A DNA stretch of 64,000 bases from Verrucomicrobiota bacterium (GCA_049510745.1 JBEKYR010000006.1:96001-160000); one strand, 5' to 3'; shown: positions 17,787 through 27,740, numbered from the stretch's first letter. Notes: generated by a model not told the origin, from the sequence alone. Numbers and translations are program-made.

Positions 17787-20566
17787 GGCTGGGTTTGCTT
17801 TGCAGCGGCAGGCGTGACTGCGACTGACGCGGATTGAGAATCGGTGTCGCGGGTGCGATGGGCGAAGGCAACGGTCTGGCAGAGGCCGATGACATCACGG
17901 AGTTTCTTCTCCGCTTTATCCAGTCGGCCGACGTAATCAGCTAACAGGCTGAGCAGTTGGTCCGTCACTTCATGCGACCAGGCCGGGCCACGCTGGCGAC
18001 CGCAGACAACAGCAAATTCCCGCTGGATGATTACGTCCGAGACAGCTTCAAATTCGGGCGTCGGCGTCGTTGTCGCCAGACCTGTATGCTGCGTCAAATA
18101 AGGGTCGAGCAACTCAATTACGCGATACGGAAACTTGCTGCTGAGTTGATCCAATGCCAGCGCTGCGGCGATGGCACGATAGAGGTCCAATCCCCCGCTA
18201 TCCCATTTGCAACCCCACTCGATGGTCTCGCCTGAGCGTTTGAAAAGGGTAGCCGCCAAGGCGCTGCGACCAAGTTGCTTCTTCCCGCGTTTCTCGGCGG
18301 CATGAGCGGCGCGGACGACGTCCTGTAGCGGTGCCTTGAAGTGCGCGATGGCAATGCCGACGGAACAATCCGCTGCTGGGCCGGGGACAAGGAAGGGAAT
18401 GGATCGTCCACGGCCATGATCATCCCGCCACCGGTCTGATGAGAGGAATCCTGGTTGTGGGCTAAGGAACAGCGCTTCCCCTTTCATTGCCTTCACCTTG
18501 CGTCCGGTGAAAGCCAACCTCAAAGCCTCTGAACACGCCAACGCGTTGTCGGCAGGCAGGAGCGCAACCACATCATCTCCGCCGGCGTAGATAAGGCGTC
18601 CGTCGAAGGCTTCGACAATGGGCCGGGCGCAGAGCAACGCAAAGTTGCTCAGGGCTTCGCTGAATTGGAGGTGGTAGCTGGGCGAAAGCGGACGAGGGGC
18701 ATTGAGGAAGTTCCCGAATTCAGATTTCTCAAAATAGGGCTTCGATCCAAATCGCTGGGTGTGGGACCCGTCGTGATAATCTGCCAATTGGCTCGCAAAC
18801 GGTGGTGTCTTCTCGCCGCTCACCCACTTGCCAATCTCATCGCCATCGCAGGTAAGCACGGCAAAATATTTTTCCGACGAGTCCATTTCTTCTGCCAGCT
18901 CGTTCTCGGCATCATCATCTCTGCCAAACGGATCGTGTGCCGCCAAACTGCGGGTGTTCGGCATCGGGAAGTGGTCGGAGCCGGTCTCCAAACTCCATGG
19001 ATACTTGGCGAGATAGGCGAAGTGCCACAATCGCTTCACCAACGTGGCTGCGCCCAGCCAATCGTCGTGCTTGAAAAAAGACTTCCAGGGGCCACGATGA
19101 GTCCTGGCGTGATCCTCGGCACGCTTCGTCCAAACCTGTCCGCCACCCACGGTTTCATCCCGTCCGGTCAGGGCGTCTTTGTTGTTGAACGTGCCGGTTT
19201 GCCAACCGCCTGTACTCGCGGCGCCGAAGTGGCGCGTTTGTCGAACAGCATCGAGCGCCCAACTGTTGAAGGCAAGAATGACGGACCAGGCAAGGCCGAT
19301 GTTGTTGAGCTTGTCCTTGGGGCCGTCTTTACCGCCAACGTAGTAACGTCCATCCCGATGTTCGACTGGCATCTGCCGAGTCGCCATGTCCACAATGGTC
19401 TGAACACGGTCGCGAGCCTTTTGAATCGGCATATCGGGATCGAAGCCATCGGCGAGTTTCAAGGCATCTTCCAAGGAGTTCGGCCAGGGCGTAGCCTGCC
19501 AGGTGAGCGAGAGGAACCGGGCGATCTGGGCGTCGAAGCGGGCCTTGCGGTCAAGCGCGGTGATGCCAATTTCGTCATTAGTCAGACCGGCCTCCTGGCA
19601 GGCGGACCAAACGGCTCCGGCGATGCGCTTCCATTCATCCTCGATGGCCTTCTTAACCGTCTCACCAAGTTCGGCTGCACGTTCTGCCGACACCACGGCG
19701 AGGAAAACATGCGGAAGGTTGGGCGTGAGCAGATCACGGGGCTGCCAGTTGAGCGACTCCCATACGGTCTCATCGCCGATTTTCACCTTACTCCAAAGCT
19801 CGTCGCGCCACTGGAGGTCGAAGAGCGGTTGTCCGCGCAGGTTCGGAAAGATCACCGCATCGGGACCGACTTCGGCGGCAAGCGCCTTAATTCCAGCGGC
19901 CATGAGCCACGAGAGGAGGTAGCTGCCGCTCCAAAGGTCACGAATACTTCGGGCAGCGGCGATGAAGTCCTGTACAGGGCCGATCTGGAACTTGAGAAAG
20001 GCCGGACGCCAGACTTTGTCATCGCCGCATCCATCAAGCGCCGAAACCACCTGCATGTGTGTCCAGATGGAGTGATCAGGGATACGGGTGTCTGCTGGCA
20101 ACCAAGCGAGGCGATAGTCCTTTTCCACGGCGTGCTTCGACCAGAGACGCCAGTGGGCAAAGAACCGCGCACGCCATCGAAGACTCTCCTCCGGCAGGCT
20201 GGCGAGCGATTCGGCGGTGAGCAGCGGCTGGACGGATTCCTCGCCTTCGATGCCTTGCTCGGCGGATTTGAATTCCGCATGGAAAGGCAGTTTGATGCCG
20301 TCAAGCGGATGAAGAAATCCATTGCGAATTCCGTCAAACGCGCAGTGAAGGCCACTGGCCTGAGATGCCGGAAACGGCAGCCGGTCAGCAGCAGCACCGG
20401 TGTGGTCAGCCAGTTTGAAGTAATCTCCGATTTCGGTGTCAATGAACCCCGCGCGGTGAAAAGCAGTGTCGGACCGTTCCCCATGGGTTTTGATGTCCAG
20501 CGCTTTGCTGGGCGGGTCATGCAGGTAGGCGGCGAGCTTGCGTTTCCAGAAATTCGTGTCGCTCAT
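17783..20566 (-). CDS. cas10: Type III-B Cas10/Cmr2
   Basis: AYLHDPP, GPVQDFIAAARSIRDLWSGSYLLS, DGDEIG, LIYAGGDD. Confidence 0.95.
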   Translation of the reverse strand: MSDTNFWKRKLAAYLHDPPSKALDIKTHGERSDTAFHRAGFIDTEIGDYFKLADHTGAAADRLPFPASQASGLHCAFDGIRNGFLHPLDGIKLPFHAEFKSAEQGIEGEESVQPLLTAESLASLPEESLRWRARFFAHWRLWSKHAVEKDYRLAWLPADTRIPDHSIWTHMQVVSALDGCGDDKVWRPAFLKFQIGPVQDFIAAARSIRDLWSGSYLLSWLMAAGIKALAAEVGPDAVIFPNLRGQPLFDLQWRDELWSKVKIGDETVWESLNWQPRDLLTPNLPHVFLAVVSAERAAELGETVKKAIEDEWKRIAGAVWSACQEAGLTNDEIGITALDRKARFDAQIARFLSLTWQATPWPNSLEDALKLADGFDPDMPIQKARDRVQTIVDMATRQMPVEHRDGRYYVGGKDGPKDKLNNIGLAWSVILAFNSWALDAVRQTRHFGAASTGGWQTGTFNNKDALTGRDETVGGGQVWTKRAEDHARTHRGPWKSFFKHDDWLGAATLVKRLWHFAYLAKYPWSLETGSDHFPMPNTRSLAAHDPFGRDDDAENELAEEMDSSEKYFAVLTCDGDEIGKWVSGEKTPPFASQLADYHDGSHTQRFGSKPYFEKSEFGNFLNAPRPLSPSYHLQFSEALSNFALLCARPIVEAFDGRLIYAGGDDVVALLPADNALACSEALRLAFTGRKVKAMKGEALFLSPQPGFLSSDRWRDDHGRGRSIPFLVPGPAADCSVGIAIAHFKAPLQDVVRAAHAAEKRGKKQLGRSALAATLFKRSGETIEWGCKWDSGGLDLYRAIAAALALDQLSSKFPYRVIELLDPYLTQHTGLATTTPTPEFEAVSDVIIQREFAVVCGRQRGPAWSHEVTDQLLSLLADYVGRLDKAEKKLRDVIGLCQTVAFAHRTRDTDSQSASVAVTPAAAKQTQP

Positions 20567-20844
20567 ATTCACGTGCCAGTCTGGCTCCAATCATCCCACA
20601 CGTCGATCTTGGGAACGTCCACAGACGTTCTTGAAAAGGCAAGTCCACCTCGCCAATGTGCGCTTGGCTTCGCGCGATAACTACCCGGTATCACAAATTG
20701 TGCTCATTGCACAAGCCAATTCTGCTCTCCAAGAACGCGAGCGTTGACGCGCATTCTTTGCGTGGCCACACGACGTGCGGTCCGCAAGGACCAGACTCTC
20801 GCGGAAATCCGCGCTCCACATTCATCCCGGTGCAACCGAGCCTC

Positions 20845-20955
20845 TTATTCTCACCTTCATTGGTCAAGACAAACACTGGAACCTACTGAAAACAAAGGGT
20901 TTCAATGCACATTACCCCATGAATTCCGTGGCTGTTATTCTCACTTTTATTCTCA
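20845..20955. repeat. TTATTCTCA x3, putative integrase arm-type sites
   Basis: Copies at 20845, 20935 and 20947 (12-bp period), 65-175 bp from a tRNA 3' fragment. Confidence 0.5.
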
Positions 20956-21019
20956 TTCTGTGAGATTTGGGAATGTGTGAATTGCGTAAGTAATTGAATA
21001 TCAACGTACTGAGTTATGT

Positions 21020-21063
21020 TGGAGCGGGTGAAGGGAATCGAACCCTCGTCTCAGGCTTGGAAA
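21020..21063 (-). pseudogene. 3' half of tRNA-Gly (att-like remnant)
   Basis: Minus strand reads TTTCCAAGCCTGAGACGAGGGTTCGATTCCCTTCACCCGCTCCA; D-arm and 5' acceptor strand absent. Confidence 0.85.
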
Positions 21064-21104
21064 GATTCGACTCGATCAAGCCGGATGATTCGGGCGGAAC
21101 CCGA

Positions 21105-21345
21105 TCATGCGCCTCCGAGAAATTGATGGATTTGAGGCCAGAGAGACTTGGCGGGCTTGTTGCGGTCGTGTTCCCAGTTTTTGAGCGTTCTCGCGCTGAC
21201 GTCAAACCTCGCTGCAACCACTTTTTGCGTCGCACCGACAGCCAATCGCTTATCCAGCAGCAACTTGCTCAGTGGCCCTTGCTGACTATCGAAAGGGGGC
21301 GAATCCTGTCTTATGGCCTTGATCAACAGATGGCAAAAGGGGCGC
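21105..21345 (-). CDS. XRE-family HTH protein (start uncertain, possibly a remnant)
   Basis: KRLAVGATQKVVAARFDVSARTLKNWEHDRNKP...IHQFLG. Confidence 0.7.
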
Positions 21346-21372
21346 AGAAAGGACCCCTTCCGCCAATTTTTT

Positions 21373-21405
21373 GAAACCCCTGGTTTTTCAGGGGTTTCCT
21401 CTTTT
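21373..21405 (+). terminator. Intrinsic terminator-like hairpin after the tRNA-Ser att copy
   Basis: GAAACCCCTG-GTTTTT-CAGGGGTTTC followed by a T-rich tail. Confidence 0.65.
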
Positions 21406-21447
21406 GTATTTGACGCTTCTTTGGCAATTGTGTAACGACAGTGGCGG

Positions 21448-23448
21448 ATGAGCGCGCCACACCAAACCGCCGTGACCATCAGCCGGAGGCGCTTCCTGCA
21501 ATCGACCGCCCTCGCGGCTGGGGCGGCGCCCGTGTTCGGTTGGCCCGCCTCGGCTGAAGCGGAAGAGCCTGCGGCCTTCGGTTTTCATCGTTGGTTTCCG
21601 CAATTCCCCGCTCCCCGCCAGCTTTGGATCGTGCCCTATGCCGGCGACGCCGAGGAGGGGATGATTCTGGAATCCATCGCCGGCCTGACCGCGCTCGGAG
21701 TTTTGCAGGGCCACGGTGACACCTTGATTTTCGAAGACGTGCAGAATGACGGTTACCAGCGATGGTTTGCGGCCTATTGCGGCGCAAATTCGCCGAAACT
21801 GACGCGGATGAGTCTCGACGAGGCCGTCGCGCGCTTGCTGCTTGCGGGGGTCGTGCGGGGCTACATTTTGTTCCGGTTCGAGCAATCCGACAGACCCTTG
21901 CATTCGGCGGGCAAACTTGACCAAAGCGCCAACGTGGCGACCTCGCTGGTTTCAGCTTGGAAGTCCTTGGCGGTTTCCGAGCGCTTGGCCGGGCATGTCG
22001 AAAAGCTCGGCCTTAAACGATTGCTCGACGTGCGCGAACGCAGCGAACTGTGGTGCCTGTCGCAACAGGAATTCTCCCGCAGCGTGCTGGGAACCGCCGA
22101 CCCGAAAACGCGCCAGGCCCGCTCGCTCATGATCGCGCTCAACGCCTTCGTCTGCTCCGGCACGGGCGACGCGTATCAAAAAGGACTCGCCCGCTGTGAG
22201 GAGGATGTGCCGGTGCTGGGCTGGGGGTGTGACGCGGAAGACCGGCAGACCCTGTCGTCCTCGCGCTGGGGACTCTTTCAGACGGCGACGAACTGGTGCC
22301 ACAATCTTCCAGTGTTCGCCAGTGATGTCGTGGACAAATCCATTCCCGCGGACCAGTTGCGCGTCCGATTTGCTCCGCCCTGGTCAACCCTCGACTGGGG
22401 CGATGGCTTTCATCACGTGAACTTCACGTTGAGCGACGGCGACAACGTCCAGTGGATCATGGGCAACTTCACCGGCGGCAACGAAGCGCCCAGCTACTAC
22501 GGGAACCCGAAACGGGGCAGCATTCCTTTCACGTGGGGCCTTCCGGTGCCGTCGCTCTATCAACTGTCGCCGCGCACACTGGCTGAAATCCTGGCCAAAG
22601 CAACGGCGAACGACGACTTCGTACAGTTCCACGCCGGCGGTTACTTCTATCCTGACATGTATGGGCAAGCGCGCGGCACAACCCGTGCGCTTGAGCTTCA
22701 CGCCGAGCGCCTGCGCGCTTACATGGACCTGACCAACATTCGCATTATCGCGTTTAACTTCCAGGACTGGGACGGGGCCGCGGCGCATGCAGCCTGTGAA
22801 ATTTTCGCGTCAAAGTTACCCGGACTGCTCGGTATTCTCGCGTTCCAGTATTATCCCTATTCGGCGGGCCAAGGTGCCATCCGTTGGGTCAAAGGTGTCG
22901 GGGGCGACGAAGTCCCAATCGTCTCCTGCCGGCTGACGATCTGGGCGCAAACCGGACGGCCTCGCGACACAACCCCCGCCGCCGTTGCCGCGCACCTGAA
23001 TCGGCTGCCCACGGCCGGTGAAAAGGCAACCGATGATTCCTTCTCGTGGGTGATCGCGCATGCCTGGTCGCGTTTTCGCCGTGCCGGAAAGGAGGCGCCC
23101 CTCGACGCCGAAGAAACGGGCGTGGCGCAAGACAAGGCAGCTCCAGACACCGCGCGCGCATACGAACCCGTAGTGTGGGCGGTCGCTCGACTCGGACCGC
23201 AAGTAAAGCCAGTGACCGCGCGCGAACTGCTGTTGCGCGTGCGCTTGCGTCTTCGTCCTTATTGGACCCTGTCGCGCTGGCTGGCCGAAATTGGAGATGA
23301 AGCCAATCCGGGGACGCGGCCGCCCGCCTCCGCCAAGATAGCCGCCGAAGCCCGCGCCTTGCTTCCCCAGACGAGCCATGATGCCACGGCGGCCCGTCGT
23401 TGCTTTGAATTGCTTAAGCTTGCAGGCAGGGGACGGCGCCTCTTCTAG
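21448..23448 (+). CDS. Tat-exported GxGYxYP-family putative glycoside hydrolase
   Basis: SRRRFL Tat signal; SDGDNVQW; AGGYFYP. Confidence 0.8.
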   Translation: MSAPHQTAVTISRRRFLQSTALAAGAAPVFGWPASAEAEEPAAFGFHRWFPQFPAPRQLWIVPYAGDAEEGMILESIAGLTALGVLQGHGDTLIFEDVQNDGYQRWFAAYCGANSPKLTRMSLDEAVARLLLAGVVRGYILFRFEQSDRPLHSAGKLDQSANVATSLVSAWKSLAVSERLAGHVEKLGLKRLLDVRERSELWCLSQQEFSRSVLGTADPKTRQARSLMIALNAFVCSGTGDAYQKGLARCEEDVPVLGWGCDAEDRQTLSSSRWGLFQTATNWCHNLPVFASDVVDKSIPADQLRVRFAPPWSTLDWGDGFHHVNFTLSDGDNVQWIMGNFTGGNEAPSYYGNPKRGSIPFTWGLPVPSLYQLSPRTLAEILAKATANDDFVQFHAGGYFYPDMYGQARGTTRALELHAERLRAYMDLTNIRIIAFNFQDWDGAAAHAACEIFASKLPGLLGILAFQYYPYSAGQGAIRWVKGVGGDEVPIVSCRLTIWAQTGRPRDTTPAAVAAHLNRLPTAGEKATDDSFSWVIAHAWSRFRRAGKEAPLDAEETGVAQDKAAPDTARAYEPVVWAVARLGPQVKPVTARELLLRVRLRLRPYWTLSRWLAEIGDEANPGTRPPASAKIAAEARALLPQTSHDATAARRCFELLKLAGRGRRLF

Positions 23449-24914
23449 GCGGCCACGGGAGACGCCGACGAAACGGCGCGCGAAGCCGCCAGATCGACTT
23501 TCCGCTGGCGCAGGCTTCTGAAGAATTCGTAGCCTTCGCGGCAACGGCGGACAAACACGTCCTTGTCCTCGAGCATCGTCTTGATGATGCGCAGAATCGG
23601 CTTGGGGCGCAGATAATAGGCGCGGTAGAAGCGGTCCACCGCCGCGAAAATCTCGTCCTTCCCCAGGTTCGGGTACTCCAACGAGCTTTGCTGGAAGCCG
23701 TCGTCATGCACGATGTCGGTCTTGTCCTTTTTGGCAAACCAGCCGTTTTGCCGGGCCATTTCAAATAGTTCGGTGCCCGGATACGGAGCGGCCAGGGAAA
23801 CCTGGATGCTGAAAACATCCAGCTCCATGGCGAACCGAATGGTCTCCTCGATGGTCTGGGCCGTTTCCACCGGCAAGCCGAGAATGAAAGTACCGTGGAT
23901 GACGACGCCCGCTTCGTGACAGGCTTTGGTGAAACGCCGCGCTTCGTCCAATTGAATACCTTTTTTGATCCGGTTCAGGATTTCCTGGTTCCCGCTTTCG
24001 TAGCCGACCAGCAACAGCCGCAGGCCGGAATCCTTGAACGATTTAATCGTGTCGTAATCCAGATTGGCCCGGCTGTTGCACGACCATGTCAGGCCGAGCG
24101 GGGCGAGCTTCCTGGCGATTTCGCGCGCGCGCGGCAAATTGGCGGTGAAGGTGTCGTCGTCAAAGAAAAACTCGCGCACCTGCGGGAACAGCTTCCGGGC
24201 GTAGGCCATTTCGGCGGCCACGTTTTCCGGGGAGCGGACGCGGTATTTGTGGCCGCCGATGGTCTGCGGCCAGAGACAGAAGGTGCATTGCGCCGGGCAA
24301 CCGCGCCCGGTGTAGAGGCTCAGGTACGGGTGCAGTAAGTAGCCGATGAAATAGCGTTCAATCTGCAAATCGCGCTTGTAGGTATCGACGACCCACGGGA
24401 GGACATCCATGTTGGAAATCATCTCGCGCTCGCGATTGTGGATGATCTTGCCATCCGGAGCGCGGTAGGAAAGGCCGTCGATTTTCGACAAAGGGCGTCC
24501 TTCGGCGACTTCCTTGCAGGTGAAATCAAACTCCTTGCGCCCGACCCAATCGATGGACGGGGAGGCCTTAAGGGTCTCGGCCGGCAGCACGGCCGCGTGG
24601 GCGCCGACAAACCCGATGGTCGTGGCCGGATTTTGTTTCTTGATCGCCTCGGCTACTTTGCAGTCGTTTTTGAGCGAGGGGGTCGAGGTATTGATGATGA
24701 CGTGCTCGAAATCGCGCGCGATTTCCAGGCATTGCTTGACGCCGATGTCATGGGGCGGGCAATCGAGCAACCTGCTGTTGGGCACCAGGGCAGCGGGTTG
24801 CGCCAGCCAGGTCGGGTACCAATAGGAGGTGACCTCGCGCCGCGCCTGGTAGCGCGAGCCGGCCCCGCCGTCAAAACCATCGAAACTCGGTGGAGATAGG
24901 AATAAGGTTCTCAA
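23445..24914 (-). CDS. hpnJ: Hopanoid biosynthesis radical SAM protein HpnJ
   Basis: PPSFDGFDGGAGSRYQARRE..S.WYPTWL; CPAQCTFC. Confidence 0.93.
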   Translation of the reverse strand: MRTLFLSPPSFDGFDGGAGSRYQARREVTSYWYPTWLAQPAALVPNSRLLDCPPHDIGVKQCLEIARDFEHVIINTSTPSLKNDCKVAEAIKKQNPATTIGFVGAHAAVLPAETLKASPSIDWVGRKEFDFTCKEVAEGRPLSKIDGLSYRAPDGKIIHNREREMISNMDVLPWVVDTYKRDLQIERYFIGYLLHPYLSLYTGRGCPAQCTFCLWPQTIGGHKYRVRSPENVAAEMAYARKLFPQVREFFFDDDTFTANLPRAREIARKLAPLGLTWSCNSRANLDYDTIKSFKDSGLRLLLVGYESGNQEILNRIKKGIQLDEARRFTKACHEAGVVIHGTFILGLPVETAQTIEETIRFAMELDVFSIQVSLAAPYPGTELFEMARQNGWFAKKDKTDIVHDDGFQQSSLEYPNLGKDEIFAAVDRFYRAYYLRPKPILRIIKTMLEDKDVFVRRCREGYEFFRSLRQRKVDLAASRAVSSASPVAA

Positions 24915-26254
24915 GGCGTTTTCTTCTGGGCTATCTTCGTCAGCAATTCATCCCGTTGCGCGCTGTCGCCCGCGCCGCAGCCGCCGGCCTTGGCGTTAAT
25001 CGCCGCTTTGGCTTCCGCCAGGTGGCCCTTGCCGATGGAGAAGCCGTTGAAGGCGTTGACCGAGCGGCCTTCGTAATAGGGCTTGGGCTTGGCGCTGAAA
25101 TTGTAGGCCATGTTCTTCCAATTGTCCCGCGGGCTGCTGCTCAGGGCGCCGCTGGGATCGTAGCCGCAATGCACCATGCAACTCTCGCAGCGCGGGTCGC
25201 GCGCCACCCCGTCCACCACGCCGTATTTGTTCCAATCCACCTTCTCCAGCATCTCCTGGTAACGCGGATAATGGCCGTCGGTCATCAGGTAGCAGGGCGC
25301 TTTCCAGCCGCGGACATTGCGCGTGGGGATGGCCCAGGCCGTGCAGGTCAACTCGCGTTTGCCCGCCAGAAATTCCTGGTAAACCCGCGTGCCGATGATC
25401 GTGAAACGGTCGCCCCATTTCTCCATGTCCTTGAATTTCTCCGTCGTCATCTTCCGTGTCAGGAAGAAATCCTCCGGCTTTTTGCCCAGCCGTTTCATCA
25501 TGTCTTTCTTGGCCGCGTCATATTCATATCCCGGCGAAATGGTGTGCGCGTCCACTTCCAGGGACGAGAAAAACTCGAACATCTCCTCGATTTCCTTGAC
25601 TTGCGTTTCCTTGTAGACCGTCGTGTTGGTCGCCACCTGGTAGCCGAGGATTTTCGCCATTTTGACCGCTTCGACGCATTCCTTGAACACCCCTTCCCGT
25701 TCCACGATCAAGTCGTGGGTGTATTCCAGCCCGTCGATATGGACATTCCAATACATCCAGCGCGAGGGGCCAATGACCGGGCGGGCGTCCGATTTGCCTT
25801 TGCGGATGGTTTCCGCCTCCTTTTCCGTGACCAGTTTCTCGTCCAGCAACCGCTTCAGCACCGGCTCCTGTTTCCGGTTGTAAATGGCGGCCAGATAATC
25901 CCGCATTTTTCTGCGCATGAACATCCCGTTGGTGCAGATATAGACAATGCGGCCCTGCTTGAGCAAACCGGCCGTCAACTCCTCGATCTTGGGATAAATC
26001 AACGGCTCGCCGCCGCAAACGGACACCATCGGCGCGTCGCACTCCTCGGCCGCGCCCAGGCAATCCTCCAGCGGCATCATGTCTTTGAGGCTGGTGGAGT
26101 ATTCGCGGATGCGCCCGCAGCCGGTGCAAGTGAGGTTGCAGGTGTGGAGCGGCTCCAGTTGGAGCACCAAGGCAAACTTCGGCGTGCGCAACAACACCTT
26201 GTGTTTAACAATATGGGCGGCGATCTTCGCCGTCAGCGCGAGTGGAAATCGCAT
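24911..26254 (-). CDS. hpnH: Adenosyl-hopene transferase HpnH (radical SAM)
   Basis: LEPLHTCNLTCTGCGRI, GGEPL, CTAWAIPT, DPRCESCMVHCGY; overlaps the hpnJ start. Confidence 0.88.
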   Translation of the reverse strand: MRFPLALTAKIAAHIVKHKVLLRTPKFALVLQLEPLHTCNLTCTGCGRIREYSTSLKDMMPLEDCLGAAEECDAPMVSVCGGEPLIYPKIEELTAGLLKQGRIVYICTNGMFMRRKMRDYLAAIYNRKQEPVLKRLLDEKLVTEKEAETIRKGKSDARPVIGPSRWMYWNVHIDGLEYTHDLIVEREGVFKECVEAVKMAKILGYQVATNTTVYKETQVKEIEEMFEFFSSLEVDAHTISPGYEYDAAKKDMMKRLGKKPEDFFLTRKMTTEKFKDMEKWGDRFTIIGTRVYQEFLAGKRELTCTAWAIPTRNVRGWKAPCYLMTDGHYPRYQEMLEKVDWNKYGVVDGVARDPRCESCMVHCGYDPSGALSSSPRDNWKNMAYNFSAKPKPYYEGRSVNAFNGFSIGKGHLAEAKAAINAKAGGCGAGDSAQRDELLTKIAQKKTP

Positions 26255-26261
26255 AATAATT

Positions 26262-26504
26262 TCAGTCTAATAGAGCCAATTCCCGGTCGAACGCAACCGG
26301 CGGCGGTTGAATGGGTTGAGGGGAAATTGTTTTGGTTTCAGCGAAACCCGGCAGGAGGAACATCAAGGGCGAGATACTTTGGGACGTGGAGATGCCCGCG
26401 CACCCGGCGCCGATCAACACAATGACCGACCCCAAAGCCAAGCACCTGAAGATGGAACGAACCTTCACTGGGCCAAATCTAAGGGGTCTTGATGGTCTTG
26501 GCAA
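26262..26504 (-). CDS. Small lipoprotein-like protein (start uncertain)
   Basis: VIVLIGAGC lipobox-like; 7 bp upstream of hpnH. Confidence 0.5.
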   Translation of the reverse strand: MPRPSRPLRFGPVKVRSIFRCLALGSVIVLIGAGCAGISTSQSISPLMFLLPGFAETKTISPQPIQPPPVAFDRELALLD

Positions 26505-26618
26505 CCTTTTATTGTCGGCCTGAAACTGTAAGGGGAACCCCTACACTGGGCGCTGGCGGGCAGGCGGGCCAAGCCCCCGTGGGATTGACAAGCCGCTGAC
26601 CTGGGGCAAACATGAGAC

Positions 26619-26888
26619 GTGGACATTCACGAACTCGTCATCGAAATGAAGCTGCTGGAACGCCGCTTGACCCTTTACGAGGAGAAGTACGGGGTGTTGA
26701 GCGCTGATTTCTACGCTGCCCTCATGGGCGGCCAGTTGGCCAGCTACGATGCTTTCGATGAAAGTCGCACAGACTTCAGCCGTTGGAAGGGAATTTACGA
26801 GACGTGGCTGCGGCGCAAGGAAGCCTATGCGCGACAACTCCAGGAGCGGGGTTTGGCGGAAACTCTGCGTGTGCAACCAGCCTACTGA
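26619..26888 (+). CDS. Putative antitoxin (YEEKYG..S.DFY family)
   Basis: 89 aa; LTLYEEKYGVLSADFY...DFSRW. Confidence 0.65.
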   Translation: MDIHELVIEMKLLERRLTLYEEKYGVLSADFYAALMGGQLASYDAFDESRTDFSRWKGIYETWLRRKEAYARQLQERGLAETLRVQPAY

Positions 26889-26890
26889 GG

Positions 26891-26945
26891 ATGAGCGAAG
26901 CTCCGCTCACATCCTTGGCGGAATACAGCCGCTTTCTGGCCTCTA
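26891..26945 (+). pseudogene. Stub of the cognate toxin (MSEAPLTSLAEYSRFLA)
   Basis: ATG 2 bp after the antitoxin stop; runs into the convergent Yip1 gene end. Confidence 0.4.
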
Positions 26946-26960
26946 ATTGGCAAAGTCCCG

Positions 26961-27740
26961 CTAAGATTGCGACGGAGTGAATAGTACGGTGAAAAGAATG
27001 CGGAAGCCGTACCAGATGCCAAAAGTGATGAACGCCGCGGTCCGATAGCGAATGGACGCGACCTTGCTTATGCCGAAGCTCAACACGGCCAGCCACCAAA
27101 AATCGACCACGTCAATCATGGACAAAAAGAGATGCGCCTTGTTGGTCGTGCTGGGATTGGCGAGAAAGAGGGTCGGGCTGGCGGTGGCCAGCAGGTTCTC
27201 TTTCCACAAGACGAGCCAGATGCGGAGGATTTTTTGCGGAACATCAATCACCAGCGCCAATCCGCAGACTTCGATCACTTTCATGTAATCAAGCCAGGCC
27301 CCCGTGCAAGCCTTCAGCGCCAGCCAAATCCCCAAACCCATCAGAAAAAGGCCGGCCACGGATCCCAGGATGGCCCCGCCGGTCCCGAAGATTTTCATGA
27401 TCGTCGGTGTCATGAACCGCTCGGTCATGGCCGCAGCCTGGTCTGCTTGCGCCTGGGTTAGTTTGCCCGCCGCAACTTGTTTCTGCACCGCCTTTGCCCG
27501 TTGCTCCTGCATGCCGAGCAAAATGGCCGGCTGCGAGAACGCGACGCTGATATAGACAGCCGTGGCGATGCAGGCCAGGATCAACGGCACCAGCCAGTTG
27601 GAGGCGCGCACGGGCGCGTTCTTGATTTCCTCAAAGACTTCGCCGGGCGCGGCGATGACGTTGGTGAGCCGGTCCGTGAGCGACGAAGGCTCGGACGGGG
27701 CGCCCTCGGGCGGCGGGGGAGGATTGGGTTCGGCATCCAT
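26961..27740 (-). CDS. Yip1 family membrane protein
   Basis: DRLTNVIAAPGEVFEEIK..P...NWLVP; several TM helices. Confidence 0.85.
   Translation of the reverse strand: MDAEPNPPPPPEGAPSEPSSLTDRLTNVIAAPGEVFEEIKNAPVRASNWLVPLILACIATAVYISVAFSQPAILLGMQEQRAKAVQKQVAAGKLTQAQADQAAAMTERFMTPTIMKIFGTGGAILGSVAGLFLMGLGIWLALKACTGAWLDYMKVIEVCGLALVIDVPQKILRIWLVLWKENLLATASPTLFLANPSTTNKAHLFLSMIDVVDFWWLAVLSFGISKVASIRYRTAAFITFGIWYGFRILFTVLFTPSQS

Larger units (their letters stand above)
7581..21370. mobile_element. Degenerate genomic island at tRNA-Ser(CGA), no integrase seen
   Basis: Identical 18-bp ACCCCTTCCGCCAATTTT at 7581-7598 and 21353-21370. Confidence 0.8.

Noticed and set aside
18665..20680. 671-aa plus-strand ORF
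   Set aside because: Antisense shadow of cas10.
20567..20720. Possible cmr1 remnant upstream of cas10
   Set aside because: Only short open stretches without RAMP motifs.
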